Shown piece by piece: positions 12,250-25,218 of a DNA stretch of 64,000 nucleotides; the stretch's first letter is position 1; each line of letters opens with the position of its first letter. The position numbers and the translations under genes were made by a program. The notes under the pieces are model-generated. The model had not been told where the DNA came from. It saw only the letters and a program-made list of their open reading frames with translations, and made no database searches. Origin of the DNA: Macrostomum lignano (lineage: Eukaryota); NCBI GenBank assembly GCA_002269645.1, contig NIVC01000803.1, positions 248,001-312,000 of the forward strand, written 5' to 3'.

Positions 12250-12420
12250 ACTATGCGACCGGCAGCACCAGTGCAGCCGCACTGGAAACCCCCCCCGCCA
12301 ACCTCTGTCTAGCTGAGGTGGGGTGGTGGCGCACCGCGCTAGCCGGCTCGCTAAGCCAGGGGGGTTGGCGTAGCCAATCACGCCACGCCACATGTGCGCA
12401 CCTCCCTCGGCCCCTCAATA
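12250..12420. promoter_or_regulatory. Possible promoter island upstream of the semaphorin-like gene
   Basis: GC-rich patch in AT-rich DNA with AGCCAATCA (CCAAT box) near 12371 and GGGGTGG/CCACGCC GC-box-like motifs; inference only. Confidence 0.25.
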
Positions 12421-13871
12421 ATCTCGCGCTGTTTTCACTTGTATAAATTTACGCGCAATGCAGTGCAAAATCTTCGCTGCTATTCCATCTATTGAAACTA
12501 AAAGGCCTTCCGCCTCAAATTGTAGCTATATAGTCTATTCACGTACCGGCACTAAAAATCACCAGAGTACCCCTGCCAAAGAACTTCAGCAGATATCTGA
12601 ACAGGGTCTGACAGTCATAATGAGTATAATTACCGGTTCTAAAAAGATTCAGACAGACAGCTTTGACATGTCATGTTGATTCGACAAGTTTTTTGTGCGT
12701 CGATCGAACTTTATTCGTCGTTTTGAAGTTGACGCACAAATCGGTTGAGCCGTTTTTTCTAGAATCGATCACACACATACCTACCGACAGACCATTTTTA
12801 GTATAATGGACGTTACTTTGCTGCACGCATTAAGAATTTCGCAATTTTCGCAATTTCGCAATTAGGATCGTTATGAATATAAATGAATATGAATATATAT
12901 GAATATAGAATTAGTGTTACTTTTCATTATAACGCTCGTTCTAATAATCCAAATAACATAATGTTGCACAATTTTATAGCGGCAACTCTCTTCTTGATTA
13001 TAACACTCACATCTTTAGAAACAAACAATGGATGAAATCAGCCGTCCCAGGGCGTGAGAACAATTGTCTGGCGAGCGCCGGTAGGCGCGAGCCATAGCCA
13101 AATCGTTGTCACGTGCTGCATGCGACCGCTGATTCTTTACATTGTTTTTCTGTTTGACGATCCTACAGACAATGCATTCATTGTTTGTAGTAATGTGTTG
13201 TTCTGCATTAAAAATGTGAATAATGATCGTCAAATTGCTAAACAATGGAAACAAAATTTATGAACTAAAATGTAGCAAGAGTCCGACCATAGACTTACAA
13301 ACTTCTTTGTTGGGCTGCTGTAATACAGAGATATTTATGGAAAAACTCGAAGAAACATAAAACTTTTGTGTTATGTGGAATATTTCCCACTGGGCTCTCC
13401 TTTTGTTGCGCCAAAAATCATGGATGTGCATTCAAGTGTTGCTCAGAGGAGCGTGGTTTACACCCTTTGGATGATAGGGCACAGTGCAGATTTATAGTAT
13501 CTATGGGGCACAGTGCAGCCGGGATTCATGCTCAACTTTCATTGGCTCATGGGTCTAGTGCAAGTCATTTACCGCAGTTATTTTATAGCATTCACTGCAG
13601 CCAGTTACTCATTTTTTCCTCGATTTTTTCGAAATTTCGCTAGCTTGTACTGTAAGTCTAGTTATGGTTGAACTCCTGTTTCAATTTTGTTCATAACTTT
13701 TGTTTCCATATTTTTGTTTGTTTTTAAAGATGTTAAAGTTATTACGGAGAGGAGAGTTTCCGCCATTAAATTGTGCCAAATGATGTTATTTGGATTATTA
13801 GAACGAGAGATATTGAGACAGCCCAATATAATGTAATATAATGTAATATCCATAATGAGTACCTTTAGCTA

Positions 13872-14136
13872 CCCAGTCTCTGCATATACACGAGAGTACA
13901 TGCCGATTTTGCCGCGTATTCAGATTAACCTACGTGTTTGCACACGATTTTTATCCTGCAAAAGCACGCGTAAAAGCAGCGTAACCTCTTACCCTCTGTT
14001 AATAATCCGCAATGCGTATAAAATGCATATAAAAAACGTTAACACTAAACATTTAGGACTTTCCAGCCATATAATTTGCGGGCGATCACAACGCATTTTA
14101 CGCCAAGTAGTAATACGCGTTTGAACCGACACTGGG
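13872..14136. mobile_element. Possible old MITE with CCCAGT...ACTGGG termini
   Basis: Exact 6-bp inverted ends with partial further inverted similarity; no clean TSD. Confidence 0.3.
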
Positions 14137-14329
14137 TTGAGGGTATGTAACTTTAAATAAATTTTCTTCAGTTTAAACCAATTTCCTGCAATAGGCGCAT
14201 CGGCTACTGAATTATGAGTAGTTTTTGGACTGCGCAATGCGTGTCACATCTTTGCTGCTGTCCTGCATGCAGTGAGTGGCCTACGTAGGAAGTTCAATTT
14301 GAGTGGCTGGCAATTTGGTGTCTTGTTGA

Positions 14330-15490
14330 GCGCCACTGTCTCTTGGTGGGCGCCACTGTCTCTTGGTGGGCGCTCCTGTCTCTTGGTGGGCGCCACTGTC
14401 TCTTGGAGGGCGCCCTTGTCTCTTGGTGGGCGCCACTGTCTCTTGGAGGGCGCCACTGTCTCTTGGTGGGCGCCCATGTCTCTTGGAGGGCGCCCCTGTC
14501 TCTTGGTGGGCGCCCCTGTCTCTTGGTGGGCGCCACTGTCTCTTGGAGGGCGCCACTGTCTCTTGGTGGGCGCCCCTGTCTCTTGGAGGGCGCCCCTGTC
14601 TCTTGGTCGGCTCCCCTGTCTCTTGGTGGACGCCCCTGTCTCTTGGTGGACGACCCTGTCTCTTGGTGGGCTCCCCTGTCTCTTGGTGGACGCCCCTGTC
14701 TCTTGGTGGACGCCCATGTCTCTTGGTGGACGACCCTGTCTCTTGGTGGACGCCCCTGTCTCTTGGTGGACGCCCCTGTCTCTTGGTGGACGCCCCTGTC
14801 TCTTGGTGGACGCCCCTGTCTCTTGGTGGACGCCCCTGTCTCTTGGTGGACGCCCCTGTCTCTTGGTGGACGCCCCTGTCTCTTGGTGGACGCCTCTGTT
14901 TCTTGGTGGACGCCTCTGTTTCTTGGTGGACGCCCCTGTTTCTTGGTGGGCTCCCCTGTCTCTTGGTGGACGCCCCTGTCTCTTGGTGGGCTCCCCTGTC
15001 TCTTGGTGGACGCCCCTGTCTCTTGGTGGACGACCCTGTCTCTTGGTCTTGGTGGACGACCCTGTCTCTTGGTGGGCTCCCCTGTCTCTTGGTGGACGCC
15101 CCTGTCTCTTGGTGGACGCCCATGTCTCTTGGTGGACGCCCCTGTCTCTTGGTGGACGCCCCTGTCTCTTGGTGGACGCCCCTGTCTCTTGGTGGACGAC
15201 CCTGTCTCTTGGTGGACGCCCCTGTCTCTTGGTGGGCTCCCCTGTCTCTTGGTGGACGCCCCTGTCTCTTGGTGGACGCCCCTGTCTCTTGGTGGACGCC
15301 CCTGTCTCTTGGTGGACGCCCCTGTCTCTTGGTGGACGCCCCTGTCTCTTGGTGGACGCCTCTGTTTCTTGGTGGACGCCTCTGTTTCTTGGTGGGCTCC
15401 CCTGTCTCTTGGTGGACGCCCCTGTCTCTTGGTGGACGCCTCTGTTTCTTGGTGGACGCCCCTGTCTCTTGGTGGACGCCTCTGTTTCTT
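14330..15490. repeat. 20-bp minisatellite (TCTTGGTGGACGCCCCTGTC)n, ~58 copies
   Basis: Period of 20 read directly; stop-free in several frames, producing the 380-445-aa artefact ORFs. Confidence 0.97.
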
Positions 15491-16419
15491 TGTCGGCAAA
15501 GTGGGCAAAAGAATTGAGCTCCCGTCATTCCACGAGCCTGGTTTTGCGTCATTATCATAAATTTAAAACAAATGAATAGGAAAAACAAACAAAAAATAGC
15601 GAGTGCTATGTCGAACAATAAATAACAATTTTTGGAAACTTTTATTGAGTACTGTTGAGTACTGAATGTCTTGGTGGAGAATCTGTAACAGAAAATGCAA
15701 TAGTCGATTATATTTTGCGTCCATAGTGTCGTAAATTTGTAAGATTATGTTTGATATTCAGCTAAAGCTTCTCGCCTTCAGAGAAATTGTAAAATTTGAA
15801 GGGCTTTAGTATTTAAACAGGTGCAGCTGGTTTAAGTATTTTCGCATTTAAACAAAACATTAAAGTTTAAACTTTATGGCCTTGGTTTCACTGTGAGTTT
15901 ATAGCCATTATTCCAACCGTGACAGACAGTGCGCACGACTGTGTTAAGTCACAGGTTCAAGTGCAATTAACAAAGGTGCAAAGCTCGTCAAAAATTTACG
16001 ATGAATTACGCAAGTCACGAATATTTTTCAACTAAGACAGCCGATGAATGAACACAAGAACTTTTATGCACACAGGTAGCTGTAAATTTATAGATCAGAA
16101 AACATATTTAAGATTGTCTGGCTTCATACTATAGGACTTATTGAATGCGATAGATTGCTTTCAGTAGTAAATTAAGGATTTTAATTCAAGAATCACTAAA
16201 TTTATGGAAATGTGTCCTCCACACAGATTTTCAATAGAATGCGTTGCCCATCAACTGAGGTTTAATCGCAAACAAACTTCGGACCAGAAAAGCCTCTGCA
16301 AAAGAAAACTTCAGAGGTGGAAACGGTTGTAATTTTTCTTGAGTTTTGTTTATTTTTCAAGTCTCTAGTTAGTGTTATAACAATATAACTCTATTATAAC
16401 ACGTTATAATTATCAAATA

Positions 16420-16687
16420 TTGATTACACCTGCCCTAATAGTCCAGCCGCAGCTATTGCGCGGGGCATCTGAAGGCTGTGTACGGCTGTTCAGTCCAAGG
16501 ACTGGGGGGTCGCAACACACAGCCTCAATTATCCCAGCTAATGCTGGCGCCCATTTTACAGCTGGGTGAACTGAAGTAATACGGAGTTGGGTGTCTTGCT
16601 CAAGGACACAATTCCGAAAGGGTCGAGAATCGAACCTCCGACCTTTCAGTCGTGAGTCCAACGCTCTGACCACTGGGCTACAACTCC
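16420..16687 (-). mobile_element. tRNA-derived SINE, family B (CORE-like), copy 1
   Basis: Minus strand has TAGCCCAGTGG (A box) and GGTTCGATTCT (B box), then GTGTCCTTGAGCAAGACAC...CAGCTGTAAAATGGG; full-length homologue at 62041-62340. Confidence 0.85.
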
Positions 16688-16815
16688 TCAAACAACACTA
16701 AACCAGCAAAATTTAGTGTTAAAACTTGGTTTTCACTTGTTCTACTTATGCATTCACATGAGGTTCCAACAACATGCTTTTCACACCAATTTAAATTAGT
16801 CAATTATCAAATAAA

Positions 16816-17921
16816 TCAATGCAAGGGCGTCACTTTGCCCGCCGTGGCGGCCGCTGCAAACACCTGCGCCAGGGCCAGCGCCTCGGCAATCGACGGAGAC
16901 GACGACGTCGTTATCGTGGCTGTCGGAAAGTCGCCGATCGCGGTGGAAAATGACGAGCAGGAGGCGACTGCGGAAGTTGGCGGCGGCGGCTGCGGCTGCG
17001 GCGACGGCTTGCCGAAGCAGCGCAGTCGAACGTTCTGCTGGGCCAGTAGGTCGTTGCTGGCCAGCAGCTGGGCGCACTGCAGCCGCAGTTCGTCGGCTCG
17101 ACGCCGCAGTAGGCAGTTTTCCTCTACTAGGAGTCGAGCCTCGCAGGGACCCCGGCTGCGGCGGGAGCGGCGACGGAGGCGACTGCGACGTTGGCCGCCG
17201 ATGAGGCAGCGATGACGGCCCAGAGAGAGGCCGGGTCCACAGCGAAGGCGGCTGCAGGCGACGCGGCAGCCAACGACGTCTGCAGCGGCTGCAACGGCTG
17301 CGGTGGAGGTGGCGGCAGTGGCGGTGGCGGCGGCGAGAAGGCAGCCAAAGCGGCTGAGGCAGCGACAGCAGCTGCTGCCTGTTCATAGTCAGATTCCAGC
17401 TTGCGTCGCTTAGCCAGGTCGTAAAACTGCTGCTGCTGCTGATGCTTCTGCTGCTCCTGCTGTTGCTGCTGTTGCTGCAGGTCGCAGTCTCCAACAGCGG
17501 CGGCCAGAAGCTCGGCCGGGGTCACGTGACGAAAGCGACACTTAGCAGCGCGTTTGCAGTCACCTTTCAGATGGTCCTTGCAGACTGGCGGCTGGTCCCC
17601 TGTAGAGATGAGGCAGCGCAGGCGAGCGGGCACCTCCCCGGTGGCTCGGTAGGCCGCCTCCTCCTCGCGGCTGCAGTGGGCGAAGCGGCAGTTCGGCCGC
17701 GGACAGCCGGCGTTCTGGAAGTCGTGGCAGAAAACGATCTCCGCCCTCGCTAAGCGCGCACACTCGCCAGCCTCCGGGTGCCGGTAGCGGCAGCGGCGGC
17801 CGCGGCGGCACACGTGGCGAAGGTAGTCGCGACAGACCGCGTCAATGGCAGAGCCGCCGCTGCCGATGCCGCTGTCGCCCGATGAGTCTTCTGCTCCGGC
17901 CACGCCGTCTGAGCTGCTCAT
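16816..17921 (-). CDS. ZC3H10: Triple CCCH zinc-finger protein, ZC3H10 orthologue; single exon with a 1-nt frameshift near 17150
   Basis: CRDYLRHVCRRGRRCRYRH, FCHDFQNAGCPRPNCRFAH and CKDHLKGDCKRAAKCRFRH match the three ZC3H10 fingers; the coiled coil CEARLLVEENCLLRRRADELRLQCAQLLASNDLLAQQN is in a different frame ending TGA at 16816-16818; span of 1106 nt is one base short of a multiple of 3. Confidence 0.85.
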
Positions 17922-17964
17922 CGTCCGAGCTGATGAAGCTGAGCTTCCGGCTGGGTTGGGGTTG

Positions 17965-18905
17965 ACTATGCTGTTATGATTATGATGACCATGATATGAC
18001 TATGATGACCATGTTCTGCCTATGATGACCATGTTCTGCCTATGATGACCATGTTCTGCCTATGATGACCATGTTCTGCCTATGATGACCATGTTCTGCC
18101 TATGATGACCATGTTCTGCCTATTATGACCATGTTCTGACCATAATGACCGTGTTATGACTTTGATGACCATGTTGTGACTATGATGAAAATGTTGTGAC
18201 TATGATGACCATGATATGGCTATGATGACCATGTTATGACTATGATGACCATGTTGTGACTATGATGAAAATGTTGTGACTATGATGACCATGATATGGC
18301 TATGATGACCATGTTATGACTATGATGACCATGTTATGACCATGATGACCATGTTGTGACTATGATGAAAATGTTGTGACAATGATGACCATGATATGGC
18401 TATGATGACCATGTTATGACTATGATGACCATGTTATGACTATGATGACCATGTTGTGACTATGATGAAAATGTTGTGACTATGATGACCATGATATGGC
18501 TATGATGACCATGTTGTGACTATGATGAAAATGTTGTGACTATGATGACCATAATATGGCTATGATGCCCATGTTATGACTATGATGACAATGCTGTGAC
18601 TATGATGAAAATGTTGTGACTATGATGACCATGATATTGCTATGATGACCATGTTATGACTATGATGACAATGCTGTGACTATGATGAAAATGTTGTGAC
18701 TATGATGACCATGATATGGCTATGATGACCATTTTATGACTATGATGACAATGCTGTGACTATGATGAAAATGTTGTGACTATGATGACCATGATATGGC
18801 TATGATGACCATGTTATGACTATGATGAATATGTTATGACTAAGATGACCATGTCATGACTATGATGACTATGTCATGACTATGATGACCACGTTATGAC
18901 TACGA
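17965..18905. repeat. 20-bp minisatellite (TATGATGACCATGTTRTGAC)n with 60/80-bp higher-order pattern
   Basis: Period of 20; variant order GAAAATGTTGTGAC, ACCATGATATGGC, ACCATGTTATGAC recurs. Confidence 0.95.
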
Positions 18906-20909
18906 CTAGATAATAACATTTCTGACAAAAAAAGTAATCACTGTTGACTGACATTTTCTCCATCATTTTTCTCAATTTTCTCATTCAATTCCAATTTCGC
19001 TGTTATTGCCAGCTCGAACAGTCAGCAGGCAGAAATAAAATTGATCAAAAGCGGCTCCCAGACTCGAATTGCTTTTTTTGATCCTTCGGGCTAAAAAGCC
19101 GCTATTGACTTCAAGCCATGGAGGATTTTCTGGGGAGAGGTCGCCTTTGTCGGGATATGGAGTTCGATTTCTCAAAGGCTCACCTTGCCGCGCCGCGGGG
19201 GCCATCATAGCTCGGGGTATTATTATATACAACACAGCGCGCTAATCTCCATCATCAATGGCCTCTTTTGTGCGATGGAAATTAAGCCTGGCGGCTGGCT
19301 TTAGCGTGGGGAGGGGGGAGGCGTTTGAGCACACCATCTTCTGCATCAGCGGAGCTTCAAGTCGGCAATTTCAGACTCACTTTCAGCCCCCCCCCCGACC
19401 ACACTCGATGCCCATGACCAGCGGCGCCGCCTATAGTACCCCATTCTGCTGGGCCTAATGGATTTCTGCGGGGATAAGGAGAGGCAGGCTGGAGGCGCTC
19501 GGGGGAGGAATAGGTGATGAGGAATAGATGAGACGAGCTGAGAGTCCAATCCGAGGGCTTGACTGGGATTTAGGGAGGTCGGGGGGGGGAGTTTTTAGTC
19601 AAGGAACTTCTGTCTGGCAGTTTTAGCGGATATGCGGCGATCTGTGGGAGGCAAAGTGACCGAGTGCGGGGCAGCGATTTCGCCACAGGCGAGGAGTGGC
19701 TCAGAGCAGATGACACAGGCTAGTACGCGGAGCTGGATGCGTGATATGAGACGGAGCAGAGAGAGAGAGAGAGAGAGGGGGGGGGATCTCTCCCATTTTA
19801 TCCCGAAAGCTTTCGCAATATCCCTTATCTCGGCAGCAGACTCGCAGTTCCAAGGTGAAAGGGTCTCTCTGGGCGCCGCGGGACTGCCAGGATCCCCATG
19901 GGGATGTGACGAAGTGGCTTCAGTCTAGACGGAGAGCTGGTTCAAGCCGAGGTCTGAGAGAGAGAGAGAGAGCGGGGAAGACACAGAGTGAGCCGGTGAG
20001 CGGGAAATTAAGATTCACGAGCTCGAGGATTTTGCGATCTTGCCTCGAGAGTCGGGGAGGGTTGGTGGATAAATATGAACGCAGGTGAGGCAGGTACTTG
20101 GGATTAGAATTCTATAGAATCTTGGCTAAAACCGCGGCTCAGCTCCCACAGAAAAGGCCCACTTCCCTAAGCCTTTTCGTGGTTAGAAAACTGTCAGAAT
20201 TCTTTTTTGCGGCGAAAACATCACTGAGCTGCCATTACCGATGCGACAGCGCTCCGTTTTCCCCGGGGGCCAGCCAGCATCTCTGCAGCTCCATCATCTG
20301 CACCCTCCCCATCCCTACTCCGGCGGTCAATTGTTTCTCTCCAATCAATAAAATATGGGAAGATAGTGCGAGAGAGAATTCCCTAGGTGATTAATGCCGA
20401 CCGCGCATCTTAACCAACCCTCCCACAACCACGAGGTATCACTTGGTAGCCGGGGGGGGGGGGGTTTAGCGCCAGAATGCCAATCCCGGGATGAATTAAC
20501 ATTGATCTAAGAAATTATTGATAGCAGGCGACAGTAAAGTTATTCTCTTGCAGCTAGCAGGGTAATTATAATACAGAAGCGTATTATTAAATCACTGCTT
20601 CTGTTGGTAGTCTGCAGATTTAATATGTAGAAATGAAAAAATCTGTCAATTGCAAGATGAAAATCGTAGAGGGGTTTGAGCTGTTGATTCACTCATTTAT
20701 ATTCGAAATCGGAACTCGCAGCTTTATCTCCTCATTTGTTCCTGCTCTCGATTCCAAATCTTACATACATCACAGCACCTTCGACCTCCGTCATCTTTTT
20801 TTCAGTTTACACGACAAAACTTCTTCATCACTTTTTCTACCCACTGCATATTTATTATGCGCGTTTTCCATCCGCTTTTTACCGTGTCAGTGTTCCCCAA
20901 TTCCCCTTT

Positions 20910-21432
20910 CTCCCCTCTCTACTCTCCCTCTCTCAATCCTCTCCCTCTCTCTCCTCTCTCCCCTCTCTGTCTCCTCTCTCACTCCTCTCTCACTCCTCTC
21001 TCAATCCTCTCTCACTCCTCTCTCAATCCTCTCTCTCTCCTCTCTCTCCCCTCTCTGTCTCCTCTCTCACTCCTCTCTCACTCCTCTCTCAATCCTCTCT
21101 CACTCCTCTCTCAATCCTCTCTCTCTCCTCTCTCTCCCCTCTCTGTCTCCTCTCTCACTCCTCTCTCACTCCTCTGTTTCTCTCTCTCACTCCTCTCTTT
21201 CTCTCTCTCAATCCTCTCTCACTCCTCTCTTTCTCTCTCTCAATCCCCTCCCTCTTTCTCCTCTCTCTCTCTCCTCTCTCCTCTCTCTCCTCTCTCTCCT
21301 CGCTCTCCTCTCTCTCTATATCTTTCCTCTCCCTCTCCCACCTCTCTCCTCCCCTCTCTATTTCCTCTCCCTCTCTCTTCTCTCCTTCTCACACCTCTAA
21401 CTCTTTCCATCTCTCTCCCAAGTCTCTCTCCC
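20910..21432. repeat. CT-rich low-complexity tandem repeat
   Basis: CTCCTCTCTCA/ATCCTCTCTC units in repeated blocks; source of the S/L/P-rich artefact ORFs. Confidence 0.9.
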
Positions 21433-21462
21433 TCTAGTGATTTTAATTCAGAAAGCAGAGCA

Positions 21463-21692
21463 GGTCAGCGGTAAACGCGTCTGACTCTCGCGCCGCAACC
21501 CCCGGTTCGATTCCGTGCGCAAACATTCATTTGAGGCTTGTGCACAAAAATTAGCCGGCGGCCGGTTGTCGTGCGATTGATACCCATAATGGCCAACCCC
21601 CAAGGCACAAAGAGTGTACATGCCTGACGATTAAAAAGTCAGGGCTGCTGTACACCCTGTGTGAGCGTGTGCATGAGTGCGTGCCTGCGTAC
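21463..21692 (+). mobile_element. tRNA-derived SINE, family A, copy 2
   Basis: CAGCGGTAAACGCGTC...GGTTCGATTCCGTGCGC head and the same 3' body as the 2159-2348 copy. Confidence 0.85.
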
Positions 21693-22439
21693 AGCATTGG
21701 CGCGCTTGCATGTCAGCGGAATGGGCAGAATTGCCTCAGCGCTTGTGCGCGGGACGATGTCGCCGAAGGCGTGGCGCCAGGGTGCCCGCAGCCCTGCTGC
21801 AATTATTATAATTGGTTTGAATTTCTGTTTCATTAAAAATCCAACTTCTGCGATAAAACAGGTAAAACAGGCAGAGTGACCTGTTGTACCCCTCACTCAC
21901 TCTCTGACTCTCTGAGTTAGGCCTAGTAAAACCACAGCTATGCCTCAAAATGGAGAGAGGGGAGGCGAGAGCACACGAGTAGTGTTGCGACTAGAGGCTA
22001 AGTCAAACATTGCCAAAATGCATGCATACACAGTCCTATAAAGCTTTAATCTTTGCCCAGGCTAGTTCTTACCTGCGCAATTCCCATTTACTGTGTAACT
22101 AACTGTCTCTGACAAACAAACGGCTATGGGAACTGGAATGACGGTAGGAGCACTATGTGGAGGCTCATGCAGTCACTCGCTCTTCCTCAGGGGCTGGGGG
22201 CATAACATTAAAATCTGTGTCAGTAGGAAATTATCTGTCTCGTATCGCGAAGGCTGCCGAAGAGCAAAAAGCAGACATTGACTTGTTTAGCAAACAGCAA
22301 AGGGCTCAGCGAAAGAGACAGCGAATACGGTTTCTTTGCACTGCTCTACTGCTTTGCACTACCTTTGCGATTTCTTGCCTGTGCGATTCACTGATGACAG
22401 GGCAGGCCCAGCTCACACGTGAGCGATCAGAGAGGGTAA

Positions 22440-23312
22440 TTCATGAGCAATCAGAGAGGGAGTAACTCATGAGCAATCAGAGAGGGTGCTGGCTCAACCA
22501 CCACGCCCTTGAGCAATCAGAGAGGGTGCTGGCTCAACCCCCCACGCCCTTGAGCAATCAGAGAGGGTGCTGGCTCAACCCCCCACGCCCTTGAGCAATC
22601 AGGGAGGGTGCTAGCTCAACCCCCCACGCCCTTGAGCAATTAGAGAGGGTGCTGGCTCAACCCCCACGCCCTTGAGCAATTAGAGAGGGTGCTGGCTCAA
22701 CCCCCCACGCCCTTGAGCAATCAGGGAGGGTGCTGGCTCAACCCCCCACGCCCTTGAGCAATCAGAGAGGGTGCTGGCTCAACCCCCCACGCCCTTGAGC
22801 AATTAGAGAGGGTGCTGGCTCAACCCCCCACGCCCTTGAGCAATCAGAGAAGGTGCTGGCTCAACCCCCCACGCCCTTGAGCAATCAGGGAGGGTGCTGG
22901 CTCAACCCCCCACGCCCTTGAGCAATCAGGGAGGGTGCTGGCTCAACCCCCACGCCCTTGAGAAATCAGAGAGGGTGCTGGCTCAACCCCCACGCCCTTG
23001 AGAAATCAGAGAGGGTGCTGGCTCAACCCCCCACGCCCTTGAGCAATTAGAGAGGGTGCTGGCTCAACCCCCCACGCCCTTGAGCAATCAGGGAGGGTGC
23101 TGGCTCAACCCCCCACGCCCTTGAGCAATCAGGGAGGGTGCTGGCTCAACCCCCCACGCCCTTGAGCAATCAGGGAGGGTGCTGGCTCAACCCCCCACGC
23201 CCTTGAGCAATCAGGGAGGGTGCTGGCTCAACCCCCCACGCCCTTGAGCAATCAGAGAGGGTGCTGGCTCAACCCCCCACGCCCTTGAGCAATCAGAGAG
23301 GGTGCTGGCTCA
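22440..23312. repeat. 41-bp minisatellite (GAGCAATCAGAGAGGGTGCTGGCTCAACCCCCCACGCCCTT)n, ~20 copies
   Basis: Period of 40-41 read directly. Confidence 0.96.
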
Positions 23313-24164
23313 CCCTAAAATCAGAGCTGAATCAGCTTTCGAACTCGTATCAGACTATCAGTGGTTCACTCCATCACTTATTTGCACTTTTTCGATTTTG
23401 CAACCCGAGCCAGAATGCCGGAATTATATTTGCTTCTGCTTTTAATTTCCTTTCTGGCAGCAGAAATCAAGCAATTGACCGGGGATGGGGAACTAGATTA
23501 GCAACGCTTTGTTGTGCGCGGGAGTGTGAGTGTGTGAAAGGTGATATCCTCATTTCCAACTGTGGTGCCAACCCCCCTCCGGGCCAGCCTCTTCAGCTCC
23601 CGCCAGAGAGAGTAGGGGCGATGAGGGCGAGATCTCATTACCCCAGCAGGGGCCGGTGGGCAGAGATATGTTCCTTCCTGTAAGAAGGCGGGCGCATTCG
23701 TGAAGATTGGAATAAAAAACCGACTAGAGAGAGTGGGAGAGGAGAGAGAGGGGGAGCAGACCAGGACAGAGTGGGAACGGACAGAGGGGGATGCATTTTC
23801 TTTTGCAGCAGCGGCAGACCGAGTGCGGCGGCCATTAGCGGTTTGGCTCTCTCGGCTTGGCGCGCGAGTCCATTAGGGCTCGGCGCGTGAAAGAACTGGC
23901 GCCCTCCATCCCCTGTTGCAGGCTCGGACTGGATGAGCCCCCGTTCCCTTGTCAGCGGCGCGAGGAGTGAGCAAGCGAGGGCGAAGATGGAGGAAGCCTC
24001 TCTCCGTGCGATTTCCCTTTTCTAATTCTGCTGCTGCTACTGATTCCTCTGGCGGGCTTCATCGCCTCAGCTCAGCTTCAACCCCCTCGTTCTAAACACG
24101 ACAGCAAAATAACCTTCTGATGCTCGTTTCCTGAACACGGGAAACTGAGAGTGCTCAAAAGTCC

Positions 24165-25218
24165 AACTGATCACGGACACACAATATGACAATGAGTCCA
24201 ACTGATCATGGACACACAATATGACAATGAGTCAAACTGATCACGGACACACAGTAGGACAATGAGTCCAACTGATCACGGACACACAGTAGGACAATGA
24301 GTCCAACAGATCACGGACACACAGTATGACAATGAGTCCAACTGATCACGAACACAGTATGACAATGAGTCCAACTGATCACGGACACACAGTAGGACAA
24401 TGAGTCCAACAGATCACGGACACACAGTATGACAATGAGTCCAACAGATCACGGACACACAGTATGACAATGAGTCCAACTGATCACGGACACACAGTAT
24501 GACAATACTCGTAAGTCCAACTGATCACGGACACACAGTAGGACAATAAGTCCAACAGATCACGGACACACAGTATGACAATGAGTCCAACTGATCAAGG
24601 ACACACAGTATGACAATGAGTCCAACTGATCATGGACACACAGCAGGACAATGAGTCCTACTGATCACGGACACACAGTAGGACAATGAGTCCAACTGAT
24701 CACGGACACACAGTAGGACAATGAGTCCAACTGATCACGGACACACAGTATGACAATGAGTCCAACTGATCACGAACACACAGTAGGACATTGAGTCCAA
24801 CTGATCAAGGACACACAGTATGACAATACTCGTAAGTCCAACTGATCACGGACACACAGTAGGACAATAAGTCTAACAGATCACGGACACACAGTATGAC
24901 AATAAGTCCTACTGATCACGGACACACAGTAGGACAATGAGTCCAACAGATCACGGACACACAGTAGGACAATGAGTCCAACTGATCACGGACACACAGT
25001 AGGACAATGAGTCCAACTGATCACGGACACACAGTAGGACAATGAGTCCAACTGATCACGGACACACAGTAGGACAATGAATCAAACTAATCACGGACAC
25101 ACAGTAGGACAATGAGTCCAACTGATCACGGACACACAGTAGGACAATGAGTCCAACTGATCATGGACTCAGAGTAGAACAATAAGTCCAAAAGATCACG
25201 GACACACAGTATGACAAT
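24165..25218. repeat. 35-bp minisatellite (GTCCAACTGATCACGGACACACAGTAGGACAATGA)n, ~30 copies
   Basis: Period of 35 read directly; recurring ATACTCGTAAG insertion variant. Confidence 0.96.

Noticed and set aside
14244-15618. Five or more overlapping 380-445-aa ORFs
   Set aside because: Produced by a 20-bp repeat; simultaneous openness in many frames is an artefact.
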